From IMG/VR virus record IMGVR_UViG_3300044620_001996: a stretch of 64,000 nt of DNA; one strand, 5' to 3'. This document shows, one piece after another, positions 49,066 through 59,534 of the stretch. The position numbers and the translations under genes were made by a program. The first letter of the stretch is position 1, and every line of letters starts with the position of its first letter. The notes under the pieces are model-generated. The model ran no database searches. It had not been told where the DNA came from and worked only from the letters and a program-made list of their open reading frames with translations. Source of the DNA: an uncultured virus (IMG/VR IMGVR_UViG_3300044620_001996) (lineage: Duplodnaviria; Heunggongvirae; Uroviricota; Caudoviricetes).

Positions 49066-50031
49066 GTACGCGTCGCTCCTGTTCTCCCCCGAGGAGTACC
49101 ACGAGATCGGCCCTTTCCGCTTCCCCGTTTACCACGACCTTGTACCAGGTGAAGCTAAGGGCATTGAAACGCTAAGCCGTAAGCAATCTAAGTCGACATT
49201 CCGCTCTATTAAGCTTGCGCAACGCATTGCTAAAGACAAAGGCATCACAACCAAAGAAGCTATTGACCTTCTCGGCAACTCCGCCGAAGAGAACCAAGAG
49301 CTTCTCTACGACTACGCTTCTGATCTTGAAGAGCTGCAGCGCGACGCCATTGGAGCTGTCGAGCAGCAAATCGCCTTCGTCACGCTCTTCATGCAGTACC
49401 GCGGCGAAGCCAAGCTGCCCCGCGCCAAGGACTGGCAAAAGCTTGAAGACTGGACCGAGGCCGACACCGAAGCCATCCCCACCCGCTTGATGGAGCAAAT
49501 CTTCGAGCTCCTCACCTGGGAGCGTGATGGCTGGCCCACAGCGGAGGGAAACGATTCGGCGGAGGAGCCCGAATTCAGCCCTCCCCCGAGCAAATCCTGA
49601 AACAGGCCGAGGAAACGCTACGCACCCCGCTGTCTGACTGGGACTCGGTGTACTTCCGAGTCCGTTCATCTCCAGTAGGTGGAGACTTCACCCCCGCCCG
49701 GTTCCTCCGCACCCCGATTAGCACAATCCGCTGGCTGCTGCGTCAAATCGACGACCTCGAGCGCGGTAATGCCAACACGCAAAGCGTCACCGCGGCCCGG
49801 CTTACCACCGTGCTGATCCAGATCGCACACGGTTTCTCCGGTTCCAAGCGCCCCGCACCCAAGGTGCAGCCCCGCGATTTCTTCCCCTTCCCTGACTGGA
49901 AACCAACAGCAGCAGTCTCCGACGGCCCCGACGGACCCACCAAGTTCATCCTCTCCGAGCTCGTACGCACCCAGTGCCTGCCGCTGCACGTCTACGCCGC
50001 GCTCGCAACCGCAGCCACAGGCCCGACCTAA
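49058..50031 (+). CDS. Tail assembly chaperones G (49058-49600) and GT via -1 frameshift
   Basis: Slippery G GGA AAC at 49546-49552; the -1 frame is open to 50031; directly upstream of the tape measure. Confidence 0.8.
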
Positions 50032-50055
50032 CATACGAGTAGCGCATATCGGCCC

Positions 50056-53000
50056 GTGTCTGACTTTCGGCTCAACGTAATAGCTGAAACTCAGGCCGCT
50101 GAGCGAAAACTACAGCAGGTAGATAAACTCGCTACTGCGGCTACAAAGTCGCGTAAATTCAGTATTGACCTGAGAAGTCTAAACAAAGACTTTTCAAACA
50201 TACAGAACGATATTAAGGCAGCCAGCAACAATATACGTACCTTCTACTCCATCAGTAAGAATATACCTGGAGTAGGGGATAAAGTCCGCGAGTTTGAGAG
50301 CCTAGCTAAGACCACTGCAGCCACAGCAAAACAGCAGTTCCAGTTCGGCACAGCGCTTAAGGAAAGCGCGCAGGCAGGAAGCATTCTCTCGCGCTCACTC
50401 ACTGTCGCCGGCACCGTCGGTGGCCGCCTTATCGATGTACTCGCCAAGGTCGGATTCGCCACCTTCGCCCTCAAAGAGGCCGTCGGCGTCGTCCAAGCCG
50501 CATGGAATGGCTTCTTCAACAACACCATCGGCCGCGAGATCAAGCTCCGCGAGACGATCCTCAAGACTCAAACGACACTCGCGTCTACAAACCGCGTCTT
50601 TGCCGGTGGCAAAGAGATCACCGATCCGTACCAGAAGATCGTCTCACTGACCGGTGCTGTCGCAGAGCGCATCGATTCCATCCGAGAACGGTCCATCGCC
50701 CTGGCGGGCGTCACCTCGAATGACGTCATCGAGGTCTTTGGCCTCGTTGCTGCACAGGTAGGACAGATCGGCGGTGGCTTGAAGGAAGCCGAAGACCTCG
50801 CGATCAACTTCGCTGCCGCTCTCGGCACCTTCGGAATACCGCTGTACCAGGCGCAGCAAGAGATCGGCTCCATCCTTCGTGGTGACATCACCACGGACTC
50901 GTATCTAGCCAAAGCGCTCGGTATCACCAATGAAGACATCGCTCGCGCCAAGTCTCAAACCGGCGGCGTAACCAAGTTCCTCGAGGACCGCCTCGCCGCC
51001 GCAGTAGCCGGCCAGAAAATTGCCGCTCAGGGCTTCGCCGGTGTCATCTCCAACATCGCTGACCTCGGTGAACTCATAGGCCAGAACTTCGGCCGCGGCC
51101 TTCTCGACCCCCTGCTTGCCGGCCTGACCAGTGTCTTCGAGACCCTGTTCAAGATCCGCACCCAGATCTTCGCCATCGCCGAGGGCGCCGGCCAAGCCAT
51201 CGGCCGCGCCGGGCAGCTCGTCGTCGGGCTCACCGCCGGCCGCACCGGAATCGGCGCCGGCGACCCCTCCCGCGCCGCCTCTGCCGCTGCCTCCGTCGCG
51301 CAGCAAGGCTTCAACCAGATCGAGCTTGTCGCTCAGCGCACCGTCGGTGCCCTCACGCAGGCCATCGAAGCGTTGAAGCCCACCGCGCTGATCCTGGTCG
51401 ATGCCTTCCGCAACATCGCCGAGGCCTTTGTCCGCATCAAGGTCGGAACCTTCGAGGCCCTCGCCTCCGCCCTGGCCAACATCGCCAGCGTCGTCGGCGC
51501 TATTTCGCAGCCTCTGGCGGGCCTCTTCAACCTCTACTCGCGCTTCCTCAACACCCCCGCCGTCCAGTACTTCTCCGAGGTCGCCGCAGTACTCGGTCTC
51601 CTCAAGCGCGTCGGGCTCGACGCCGCTACACAGCTCGTACTCTTCGGCCGCTTCATCGTTGGCGCAGTCATCCCCGCCATCGGCGGCCTCGGCACAGCTC
51701 TCGCCGGCCTGGTCGGTGCCATCGCCGCAGTTGTCCTAGCCGTCGGCAAACTGATCGTCCTCTTCGCCGGTCTGGCCACAGCGCTCGTAGGCCCAGCCGC
51801 CGCTATCCCCGCTCTGGCAGCCGGCCTCAAGGCGCTATCAGTTGAGCTGCTCACCATAGGCAAGCAAGCTGTCACGTCAGGTGCACAACTGAACGGCCTC
51901 GCTGCTGGCTTCCGCGGCCTCGGTGCTGGTGCAAAAGCCGCCGGCGCATCAATCCTGGCTTCCTTGGGCTGGATCGCCGTCATTCAGATCGGTATTGCTG
52001 CTGTAATCGACGCCTTCGGTCGCTTCCAGCGTGCACAAGAGGATCAACGGTCAAGTGCACGCGCCGCGCAGGCGCTACGTGAGTTACAGACAACATATAA
52101 AGATGTAAACGAAGCATCTGATAGTGCGACTAGATCAGCCCGCGACTTCAGAGAAGCCATTGTCAATGCCAACTACAGCCGCAATATCGATCAGCTAGAA
52201 GAAGTACGCAAGAAAATCAACCAGATTCGCTACGAACTCAAACCCGGTATCCAGAGCTGGGGCGAATTCTGGGATGCGCTCTCTGGATCCGAGGTCGGCC
52301 GATTCGAGGAACGCTCTCGTCAAGTACTCGGTGGCCTGCTCAGAGAGGAAGCCAAGATCAAAGCCGAGCTACGGGGTGTAGACGCTCAGCGCGACCGCGA
52401 ACAAGCGATCAAGGACATCCAGCTCCAAGCACAGAACCGCACCAATCTGGAGCGCGAGATCGCTGACCTGCGCCGCCAGCTTGAGAACGACCTATTCCAG
52501 CAGCGCGAAGCCTTAGCTCAGAAGGAAGTCGACATCTTCCGTGCCGCCGGCGAGCTGCGCATCAAGCAGATCGAGCGAGCCAACGCCAAACTCATTGAGG
52601 GCGAAGAAGGCGCCTCCCGCGCTGCCCTCGAGGCGCTCAACAACTACATCGCCACCCGCGAGCGCGGCGAACTTGAGATCGAAGCCGCCAAGCAGACCAT
52701 CGCCATTGAGGTCACCAACCTCGAGAAGGCAATCAGCGACTACCGCTACGACACTGAGAAGAAGATCGCCGAGCTCCGCAAAAAGTCCGCGGACTACGAG
52801 CGCGATTCTGCCGACGCGCGTCAACGTGCCGCTGGCGGCGCCACGGCAGCAGCTCCCGGCGTCACTGCGGGCTTCCTCGTTGGCAGCACAGGCCGCAGCA
52901 CCGGCCCGCATCTCGACATTCGCAGTCCAACAGGTAACAAGCAGGCCGTCATCAACGAGGCAACAGCAATCATCAAGGCTTGGCAAGGTCAAGGCCTCGA

Positions 53001-54960
53001 GTACATCGAGCTCAGTAACGCCAAAATCGACGTCAAGAATATGTTTGACGAGGCTGAGCTCCGCAAGGCTCTGGCCAAGGAACAAGCTGTGCACGGTCGC
53101 CGTTCAGGTGGCGGCGCAATCGATATCGCCGTTCCCGCTGGCACACTCGTGCCTACCCCCGTCGGCACCCCTTCTTGGGGAGGAGCGGGCGGCTGGCAAG
53201 CCACCTCTCTTCAGACCGGCAACCTATTCCTGCACGGCCTCGGCACTTCTGCCGCAAGCCCGGGTGGTAGGCGCGCAGCGGCTCCCGCAGCTCCTGCCGC
53301 CCCTACCGCCGCAGGCAGCGGCATGCCCGATGCCGGTGCCGCAGCTCAGCGCTACGCCGACGCGGTTCGCAGCCTTGCAGGCGCAATGGAGCGCCTCCGC
53401 TCACTACAGGCAGCGATTACAGAGGCCAACACAGCAGAGGCGTTTGACGAGATCGCCAAAGCAGCCTTCCCTCAGGTCGCCATCGAGCAGTACCAAGACC
53501 AGCTGCTCGAACTCCAGGCCAATTACGACGCGCTCTCCCGTAGCGACTCGGCAACCTTTAGCCCTGAGCGCACCGCCCTGGAGTCCAACCTGTTTGCACA
53601 GCGTGCGACAGCTGCGCGTGAGCTCCAACAGATCCTCGACGGTATTGCTAAACAGACAAAGCTGAGTGATACCGAGCGAACACGCGCTATTGAAGCGGTC
53701 AACACTAAGCACGCACAGTACTTGCGGGGCTTGGAGCAAGAATCGTTACTAAAACAGCGCATTCTGACTACTGAGCAAGCGACAAACTTTATTCAACAAA
53801 TGCGCGGTCAAGCTCGTGGCATCTACGAGGACATTGAAGCCCTCAAATTGCGCAACCGCTTGCAAGCAGAAGGTGTCGCACCAGAGTTTATTGCAGCCGA
53901 AGTAGCCAAGTTAGATATTCAGCGTGAAGTAAACCGCCTCACCACGGAGCTCAGCACACAGCTGACCACCGAGCTCGCGCTCCGCGACGAACTCCAGCAA
54001 AAGATCGCAGCGACTTCGGGTACCGAAAAGGTTGAACTAGAGAAACAGCTCGCTGCCGCGCTCGCCACCATCGAGCGCTTGCGCAAGCAGATCGCAGGTG
54101 TGGGAGCAGCGGGCAGTGCTGTCGCAGGGGCCGAAGACGCCCGTGCGAAAGCCGCCACCGAGCCTGGCACGCGCATACGGGGCTTCATTGGTGATGCACA
54201 ACGACAGCTAGAAGATCTCGAAGGTGTCGCTATTACTGTTTCTCAAGGCATCGGAGATGCCGTCGGTAATGCATTAACAAACGGTATAACTGGACTCATC
54301 GAAGGCACGACAACAGCAAAAGAAGTATTCTCCAGCTTCTTAAAAGACATCGGTCAGATTTTAATGCAAGAAGCCGCTAAGATGATTGCCACATACATAG
54401 CAATCGGTATTGCTAAGCAGTTTGCTGGATTGTTTGGTGGAGGTGCAGGTGGAGCTAAACCACCACTCCCAGGTTCATTCCCCCTGATGGCTGCTAAGGG
54501 TGCCTACTTCGACGGGGGCACCGCTTACTTCGCCAAGGGTGGGGTTGTATCTTCTCCGACCTTATTCCAGTTCGCTGATGGAGGTGCGGTGCAGGCCGGG
54601 CTAATGGGCGAGGCCGGCCCGGAAGCAATCATGCCGCTCAAGCGCGGACCTGACGGCAAACTCGGTGTTGCCGCTCAACTGGATGGGGCTATGGGTAGAT
54701 ACCGCCGGTCTCCAGGTTCTGCTAGCGGTTCAGCAGGCGGAGGCACCACCGAGGCCGGTGGTGGAGCCGGTGTTGCCTCAACAGCGCCCATCGACGTCCG
54801 CTACAGCGTGGAGCGTATCAACAATGTGGACTACGTTACGGCTGACCAGTTCAGAGCCGGCATGGCACAAGCTGCCCAACAAGGCGCTATCCAAGGCGAA
54901 CGCCGCGCCATGCGCAGCCTGAAAAACAGTAGTTCGGTTCGCCGCTCCGTTGGAATCTAA
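50056..54960 (+). CDS. Tape measure protein with internal M23-like motifs
   Basis: 1634 aa, Ala-rich and helical; GSTGRSTGPHL; C-terminal FAKGG...MGEAGPEAIMPL. Confidence 0.9.
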   Translation: MSDFRLNVIAETQAAERKLQQVDKLATAATKSRKFSIDLRSLNKDFSNIQNDIKAASNNIRTFYSISKNIPGVGDKVREFESLAKTTAATAKQQFQFGTALKESAQAGSILSRSLTVAGTVGGRLIDVLAKVGFATFALKEAVGVVQAAWNGFFNNTIGREIKLRETILKTQTTLASTNRVFAGGKEITDPYQKIVSLTGAVAERIDSIRERSIALAGVTSNDVIEVFGLVAAQVGQIGGGLKEAEDLAINFAAALGTFGIPLYQAQQEIGSILRGDITTDSYLAKALGITNEDIARAKSQTGGVTKFLEDRLAAAVAGQKIAAQGFAGVISNIADLGELIGQNFGRGLLDPLLAGLTSVFETLFKIRTQIFAIAEGAGQAIGRAGQLVVGLTAGRTGIGAGDPSRAASAAASVAQQGFNQIELVAQRTVGALTQAIEALKPTALILVDAFRNIAEAFVRIKVGTFEALASALANIASVVGAISQPLAGLFNLYSRFLNTPAVQYFSEVAAVLGLLKRVGLDAATQLVLFGRFIVGAVIPAIGGLGTALAGLVGAIAAVVLAVGKLIVLFAGLATALVGPAAAIPALAAGLKALSVELLTIGKQAVTSGAQLNGLAAGFRGLGAGAKAAGASILASLGWIAVIQIGIAAVIDAFGRFQRAQEDQRSSARAAQALRELQTTYKDVNEASDSATRSARDFREAIVNANYSRNIDQLEEVRKKINQIRYELKPGIQSWGEFWDALSGSEVGRFEERSRQVLGGLLREEAKIKAELRGVDAQRDREQAIKDIQLQAQNRTNLEREIADLRRQLENDLFQQREALAQKEVDIFRAAGELRIKQIERANAKLIEGEEGASRAALEALNNYIATRERGELEIEAAKQTIAIEVTNLEKAISDYRYDTEKKIAELRKKSADYERDSADARQRAAGGATAAAPGVTAGFLVGSTGRSTGPHLDIRSPTGNKQAVINEATAIIKAWQGQGLEYIELSNAKIDVKNMFDEAELRKALAKEQAVHGRRSGGGAIDIAVPAGTLVPTPVGTPSWGGAGGWQATSLQTGNLFLHGLGTSAASPGGRRAAAPAAPAAPTAAGSGMPDAGAAAQRYADAVRSLAGAMERLRSLQAAITEANTAEAFDEIAKAAFPQVAIEQYQDQLLELQANYDALSRSDSATFSPERTALESNLFAQRATAARELQQILDGIAKQTKLSDTERTRAIEAVNTKHAQYLRGLEQESLLKQRILTTEQATNFIQQMRGQARGIYEDIEALKLRNRLQAEGVAPEFIAAEVAKLDIQREVNRLTTELSTQLTTELALRDELQQKIAATSGTEKVELEKQLAAALATIERLRKQIAGVGAAGSAVAGAEDARAKAATEPGTRIRGFIGDAQRQLEDLEGVAITVSQGIGDAVGNALTNGITGLIEGTTTAKEVFSSFLKDIGQILMQEAAKMIATYIAIGIAKQFAGLFGGGAGGAKPPLPGSFPLMAAKGAYFDGGTAYFAKGGVVSSPTLFQFADGGAVQAGLMGEAGPEAIMPLKRGPDGKLGVAAQLDGAMGRYRRSPGSASGSAGGGTTEAGGGAGVASTAPIDVRYSVERINNVDYVTADQFRAGMAQAAQQGAIQGERRAMRSLKNSSSVRRSVGI

Positions 54961-55737
54961 TGGAATACGCTTACGGCCACTTGTTTGAGGTCGGCCCTAG
55001 TGGCCAAGCAGCACAATATCGTTTTCAGAACTATGCTATAAACCAAAACATAAATGGATACCTATTCCTACCGTTCAGCTTCGGTGGAGCTGTGGCCTCC
55101 CTTCAGGGCGACAACTTAGACGCCACGCTTCAGTTTGCTAACACCGCGATGACTCGAGCCTGGATCGTTGACGCCCTCGATAACCTATGGGTTGCCAAGG
55201 TCACCACGGTGCTCTGGGAACCCTCCACTGGAGCAGTCCAGAGCACCCTTTACACCTATTGGGGCACCTGTTCCAGCGGCGGCTGGGACGAAACCAACAT
55301 CCAGATCAGCTTGAACTCAGTGCTGGACGCGGTTCAAACCAACATCCCAGCCCGTCGACTCCATCGTTGGCAAGTTGGGAGCATTCCATTTACTGCACAG
55401 ATACGTGTGTGATCATCTAATTGGGCGAAAGTACGCTCGTTGTCATCAGCTAGTAATAGAAGCTATGGCAGCTATTGGGCTTAATCCCCCTAGTGATCAA
55501 CCCGATTGGTATGGGCTTGAAATTAAAGGTATTCTACGCGAAGTTAGAAAGTATGGTGATCGTATAGAGGCTCCGCTCTATGATGGTGACGTGGTATTGC
55601 TGGCCTCAAACCCAGCAGCTCTCGGGGTGACATGGCAGAACGGAATCCTGTATCTCAATCGCCTGACCGGAACAGCCGATTGGAAGCCGGTGTCCGCCCT
55701 TACGATCCTCCGCTCTTACCGTATGAAGTCGCACTGA
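54960..55737 (+). CDS. Tail-tip proteins: 54960-55412 and degenerate NlpC/P60-like 55405-55737
   Basis: Position after the tape measure; HLIGRKY.RC..LV...GDVVL. Confidence 0.55.
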
Positions 55738-58700
55738 TTGAAGCGCTTGGCTGCAGTGAGCAAGAATATCGCGTATTTATACGTCACGCTCAGTCACGGG
55801 CGCATGTAAGACCAGCCGAGTACGACCATATCCCAGACATCAACAACTGGGAAGTTGTAGCGATCGTCAGCCTTGTTTTAGGCTTAGCATCGACAGCTGT
55901 CAGCATCTTGCTGGCACCTAAAGCGCCTGCTTTAGAGACACCCGCCAAGATCAGAGGTAAAAAGCTCGCGGATCAGATTGGCCCGAGCCGCTTCAACCAA
56001 ACCACCAGCTTCGACAATGTCAGCAGCCTTGCTGAGTACGGTCAACCAATCCCCATACCCTTCGGCAAACGCGGAACTGGACGCGACGGTGTACTAACTG
56101 GGGGCCTAATCCTCGCTCCCGCACTGGTCTGGAGTCGTCTGTACTCCTACGGCAGCTACCAAGCATTTGAGGGTATCTATGTTGCCGGAGAGTACGGCGT
56201 TGAGGCACCACAACTCGGAGGTATCCGTCTTGATACATCAGCTCTTAATAGTCTTGGCTCACGCGATTACGCTCTCTATTGGTCTTCGCAGCTAGGTGAA
56301 AATCGCCCTATACCTTCGCGTCTAATCGCAGGTACACAGGGGTTACCGGATAGCGGCACGGGCACGCGCCCTATCTTCACTGCACCTACGGCTGACGGAG
56401 AGTTTAGTCAAGGATTCTCCATGACGTACAGCCCACAGAGCAACACTGCTTTTGGGACGTCAGAACCTATTCATAACGGATCGGCCTATCGCTTCAACTG
56501 GGAAATCATCAGTGCACCGTATGCTAGTACAAAAGGCTCCGAAGATGATATTAAAACAGCACGCTTCGAGACCCAAGCAAAGCGCACCAAAATAGCCGGT
56601 GCTAATGCAAACGTTTTGCACAGATACGAGGGACAACCTACAGAGGATCGCAAGCAAGTAGGTATGCCCGGCGTCGGGCGCGCATACTCACGCGGTATGG
56701 GCTTTGTCAGCCATAGCCGCACAAACGGAGGCAATGATATAGCGGATCGCACGATCGTATCAGTGAGTGAAGGTGATACGCTGGTATTTCGTATCACGTT
56801 AGGTCAGCAGTATAGAGAATTGATGGATCGTACAGTAGAAGAGGGTGGATTTAAGAATACGGATGTAGACATAAAAGACTTACGTACATCGTCTAAGTCA
56901 TGGCGCGAACGCGCGTACGACTTGCTAACTATAGGTTCTAAATGGGTTATAGCCGGCAGCGTATGGGTCGTACAAAGCCGCTCAGAGCGTGATACAAACA
57001 AGAATCTATTGTCTAACATAACGTTTCTCTGCACTGCAATTATTGGTGTACCAGAAGTTGGTATCCCCGGCACGCGGACCATCGAAGAACCGCTTGGTGG
57101 GTACGAAGGTCCGTGGCCTGGTCCGGGCGCACCACCTTTTCCCCTAAGTGGTGACGGGTTTAACACGCGGAAGCATTGCGGAGCAGCTTTTTACAACATA
57201 TGCAGACTACACATCGCAACAATTCGCCCTGTGCGCCGTGACACCGAAGTTATTGAGCTCGGTATCCGCAGTCAGGTGTGGAATAGAGCTAATGGATTGT
57301 GCAATTTCAATGCAATACCGACAGCCGATAAACTACACACGCTGGATAAAGCGAACATAACGGTGACTACGCCACGTATGGACAAGTACTTTGAACGGTC
57401 GTCGTGCTTCTCTTTATGGGTTCGTCCGGTCCAACGCTATGGCCAACCACAACAGCCATGGGCTCGTATCCCACGAGTATTTTGCGTCACAGGCAAAGCT
57501 CCTATTGACCTGTATAACTACTTACGTATCCGCCCGCGCACATCTGGGTACTACGAGTACCGCATAATACCCCGCACAGGATCTGATATCGCCATCAATA
57601 GTATTGACAGCAATCTAGCAACAAGGCTTGACGCTTCCGGCGGTAAAGTAATTGGAGAAGATTATGCAACTCCTTACGGTGATTTTCGCATCACAACGAC
57701 GGGTGAAGTAGTTGTCATTTCTAGCATAACTTTTAACGAAGAAATGCTTGCAGATCCTAAGCAATCTGTGCAGCCCACTGTAACCACCACAACTACAACA
57801 ACGCCTACTGGTTTATCACAATATGCACAAAGTTCAAATACGGGTAGCATACAACTAATACGCCATGCCTGGCTAACTGAAATACTAGGATTCGCTCCTA
57901 GCTACGCCAATCAATGGCGTTCTGTAGACGTACAGCATTACAAACCCAACGGAGATAGATACATCACTGTACGCGTTACCGCGTATTCAGGTGCGGGAGT
58001 TTTTGGCGTTGATGTCGGGTCGAGATATGTATCAGCGGCAGGTTCGACTTACCGTTGGACTTCCGAATCGTACAGCGTAGTCTCTGCTACAAAAAGCTGG
58101 GCAGTAGGTGACGCTTTTACGATAGAAAAAGCTACACCTAGTACTAACCCCTTTGCACGACAAGAAGGCTACTCGTCTGTAGGTTTTGCTTTTAGTGTGT
58201 CAAGCGTTGCAGTAAAGAGTGTAGAAGTTCCTGGTGAAATCCTTATCACTGGAGAAGGCCGTATTTTCGAGGAGAATTCTCAGGTCTCAGACTGCAGCCA
58301 CTACCTAGAGCTGGTTAAGTCGAATGAAAGCTCCCCCGAGCACGAGATCGTTTACGTCAACGAATCCATCTCCAATGAATCGCTTGCCGAATACTACGGC
58401 ATGTCAACATTCGGACTAGCAGTTAAATCTAGTGGGCAACTTGGCGGAATTGGTCAACTGCGCGCTTGGGTCCCAACCGGTATCAATGTCTACCGCCTAA
58501 TCGAGGGCGATACCAAACCCAGCAACTTATTCGCGGATCTGGTCTACTATCTACTAACCAGCAAGAGCCAAGGCGTTGGTAATATCGTACCGCCAGAGTT
58601 GATCGACATCGACTCCCTACGCATCACCGCCAATTTCCAACGCTCGAACAGAATCTTCTTCGATGGTGTTGTAGAAGATAGCGATAGCTTCCGCTCCTTC

Positions 58701-59534
58701 CTGTACGACAACGCAGCCCTACAGCTCTGTAACTTCACCATCAAAAATGGCCGATTCGGAATGATGCCAGCGCTGCCTTACAACAGCAATTACGAAATCA
58801 GCACCAGCCCGATTGCTGTTGATCAAATTTTCACTGCCGGCAACATCATCCAAGACAGCCTGCAAGTTCAGTACATCGACGCCGCCCAGCGTTCAAACTT
58901 CCGTGCTCTGGTTAGTTGGCGCATTACCGTCGAGAACGACCTACCCACGCAGGCATCCGCCTTGGTCGACTGGGCCGACATCGCGGAAGGCAACCGTGCC
59001 ACCACCCAGCAAGCCTTTGATCTGACGGACTTCTGTACCAACCGCGCCCAAGCGTTGCTGACTGCTCGCTTCCTGCTGAGCATCCGCCGCCGCGTCACTC
59101 ACACCGTCAGCTTCAAAACCGTACCCGACGCCCTCGGCATCCAACCCGGTTCCTACATCCGTGTGATCACCGAAGCCACCACCTACAGCGCCACCAACAA
59201 CGGCGGCATCACGGACGCCGGAACCTTGGTCAGCATCACAACCATCGCCAACGGCACCTACGACGCCCTGGTCTACAACCCCGCTACCGGCGCTGTAACA
59301 GAACAACGAATCACCATCGCAAACAATGCCGTTACAGACTCAACGCTGTACGGATGCCTGTTCACGCTGCTCAGCTCGACGGCCAACACTGGTATGTATC
59401 AAGTGGAGCAGCTCACCCTCGACGAGGACGGTCTGGTCAGCGTTTCCGCTGTGGAAGTCCCGGTCGATAGCACTGGAGCTAGCATTGTGGCAAAGGACGT
59501 GTTGAACGAAGCCGCGTTCCGGGTGCTTGAGTAA
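55632..59534 (+). CDS. Central tail tip / host-specificity J-like protein
   Basis: 1300 aa; YGQPIPIPFG; C-terminal FDGV...FT.GNI...GIQPGSYI. Confidence 0.75.
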   Translation: MAERNPVSQSPDRNSRLEAGVRPYDPPLLPYEVALIEALGCSEQEYRVFIRHAQSRAHVRPAEYDHIPDINNWEVVAIVSLVLGLASTAVSILLAPKAPALETPAKIRGKKLADQIGPSRFNQTTSFDNVSSLAEYGQPIPIPFGKRGTGRDGVLTGGLILAPALVWSRLYSYGSYQAFEGIYVAGEYGVEAPQLGGIRLDTSALNSLGSRDYALYWSSQLGENRPIPSRLIAGTQGLPDSGTGTRPIFTAPTADGEFSQGFSMTYSPQSNTAFGTSEPIHNGSAYRFNWEIISAPYASTKGSEDDIKTARFETQAKRTKIAGANANVLHRYEGQPTEDRKQVGMPGVGRAYSRGMGFVSHSRTNGGNDIADRTIVSVSEGDTLVFRITLGQQYRELMDRTVEEGGFKNTDVDIKDLRTSSKSWRERAYDLLTIGSKWVIAGSVWVVQSRSERDTNKNLLSNITFLCTAIIGVPEVGIPGTRTIEEPLGGYEGPWPGPGAPPFPLSGDGFNTRKHCGAAFYNICRLHIATIRPVRRDTEVIELGIRSQVWNRANGLCNFNAIPTADKLHTLDKANITVTTPRMDKYFERSSCFSLWVRPVQRYGQPQQPWARIPRVFCVTGKAPIDLYNYLRIRPRTSGYYEYRIIPRTGSDIAINSIDSNLATRLDASGGKVIGEDYATPYGDFRITTTGEVVVISSITFNEEMLADPKQSVQPTVTTTTTTTPTGLSQYAQSSNTGSIQLIRHAWLTEILGFAPSYANQWRSVDVQHYKPNGDRYITVRVTAYSGAGVFGVDVGSRYVSAAGSTYRWTSESYSVVSATKSWAVGDAFTIEKATPSTNPFARQEGYSSVGFAFSVSSVAVKSVEVPGEILITGEGRIFEENSQVSDCSHYLELVKSNESSPEHEIVYVNESISNESLAEYYGMSTFGLAVKSSGQLGGIGQLRAWVPTGINVYRLIEGDTKPSNLFADLVYYLLTSKSQGVGNIVPPELIDIDSLRITANFQRSNRIFFDGVVEDSDSFRSFLYDNAALQLCNFTIKNGRFGMMPALPYNSNYEISTSPIAVDQIFTAGNIIQDSLQVQYIDAAQRSNFRALVSWRITVENDLPTQASALVDWADIAEGNRATTQQAFDLTDFCTNRAQALLTARFLLSIRRRVTHTVSFKTVPDALGIQPGSYIRVITEATTYSATNNGGITDAGTLVSITTIANGTYDALVYNPATGAVTEQRITIANNAVTDSTLYGCLFTLLSSTANTGMYQVEQLTLDEDGLVSVSAVEVPVDSTGASIVAKDVLNEAAFRVLE

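Noticed and set aside
5302..54000. Frequent CGAGCTCG/CTCGAG palindromes as a HIP-like repeat
   Set aside because: Plausibly explained by Glu-Leu and Leu-Glu codons GAG/CTC; cannot be claimed without a codon-aware count. HIP1 (GCGATCGC) itself is not obviously enriched.
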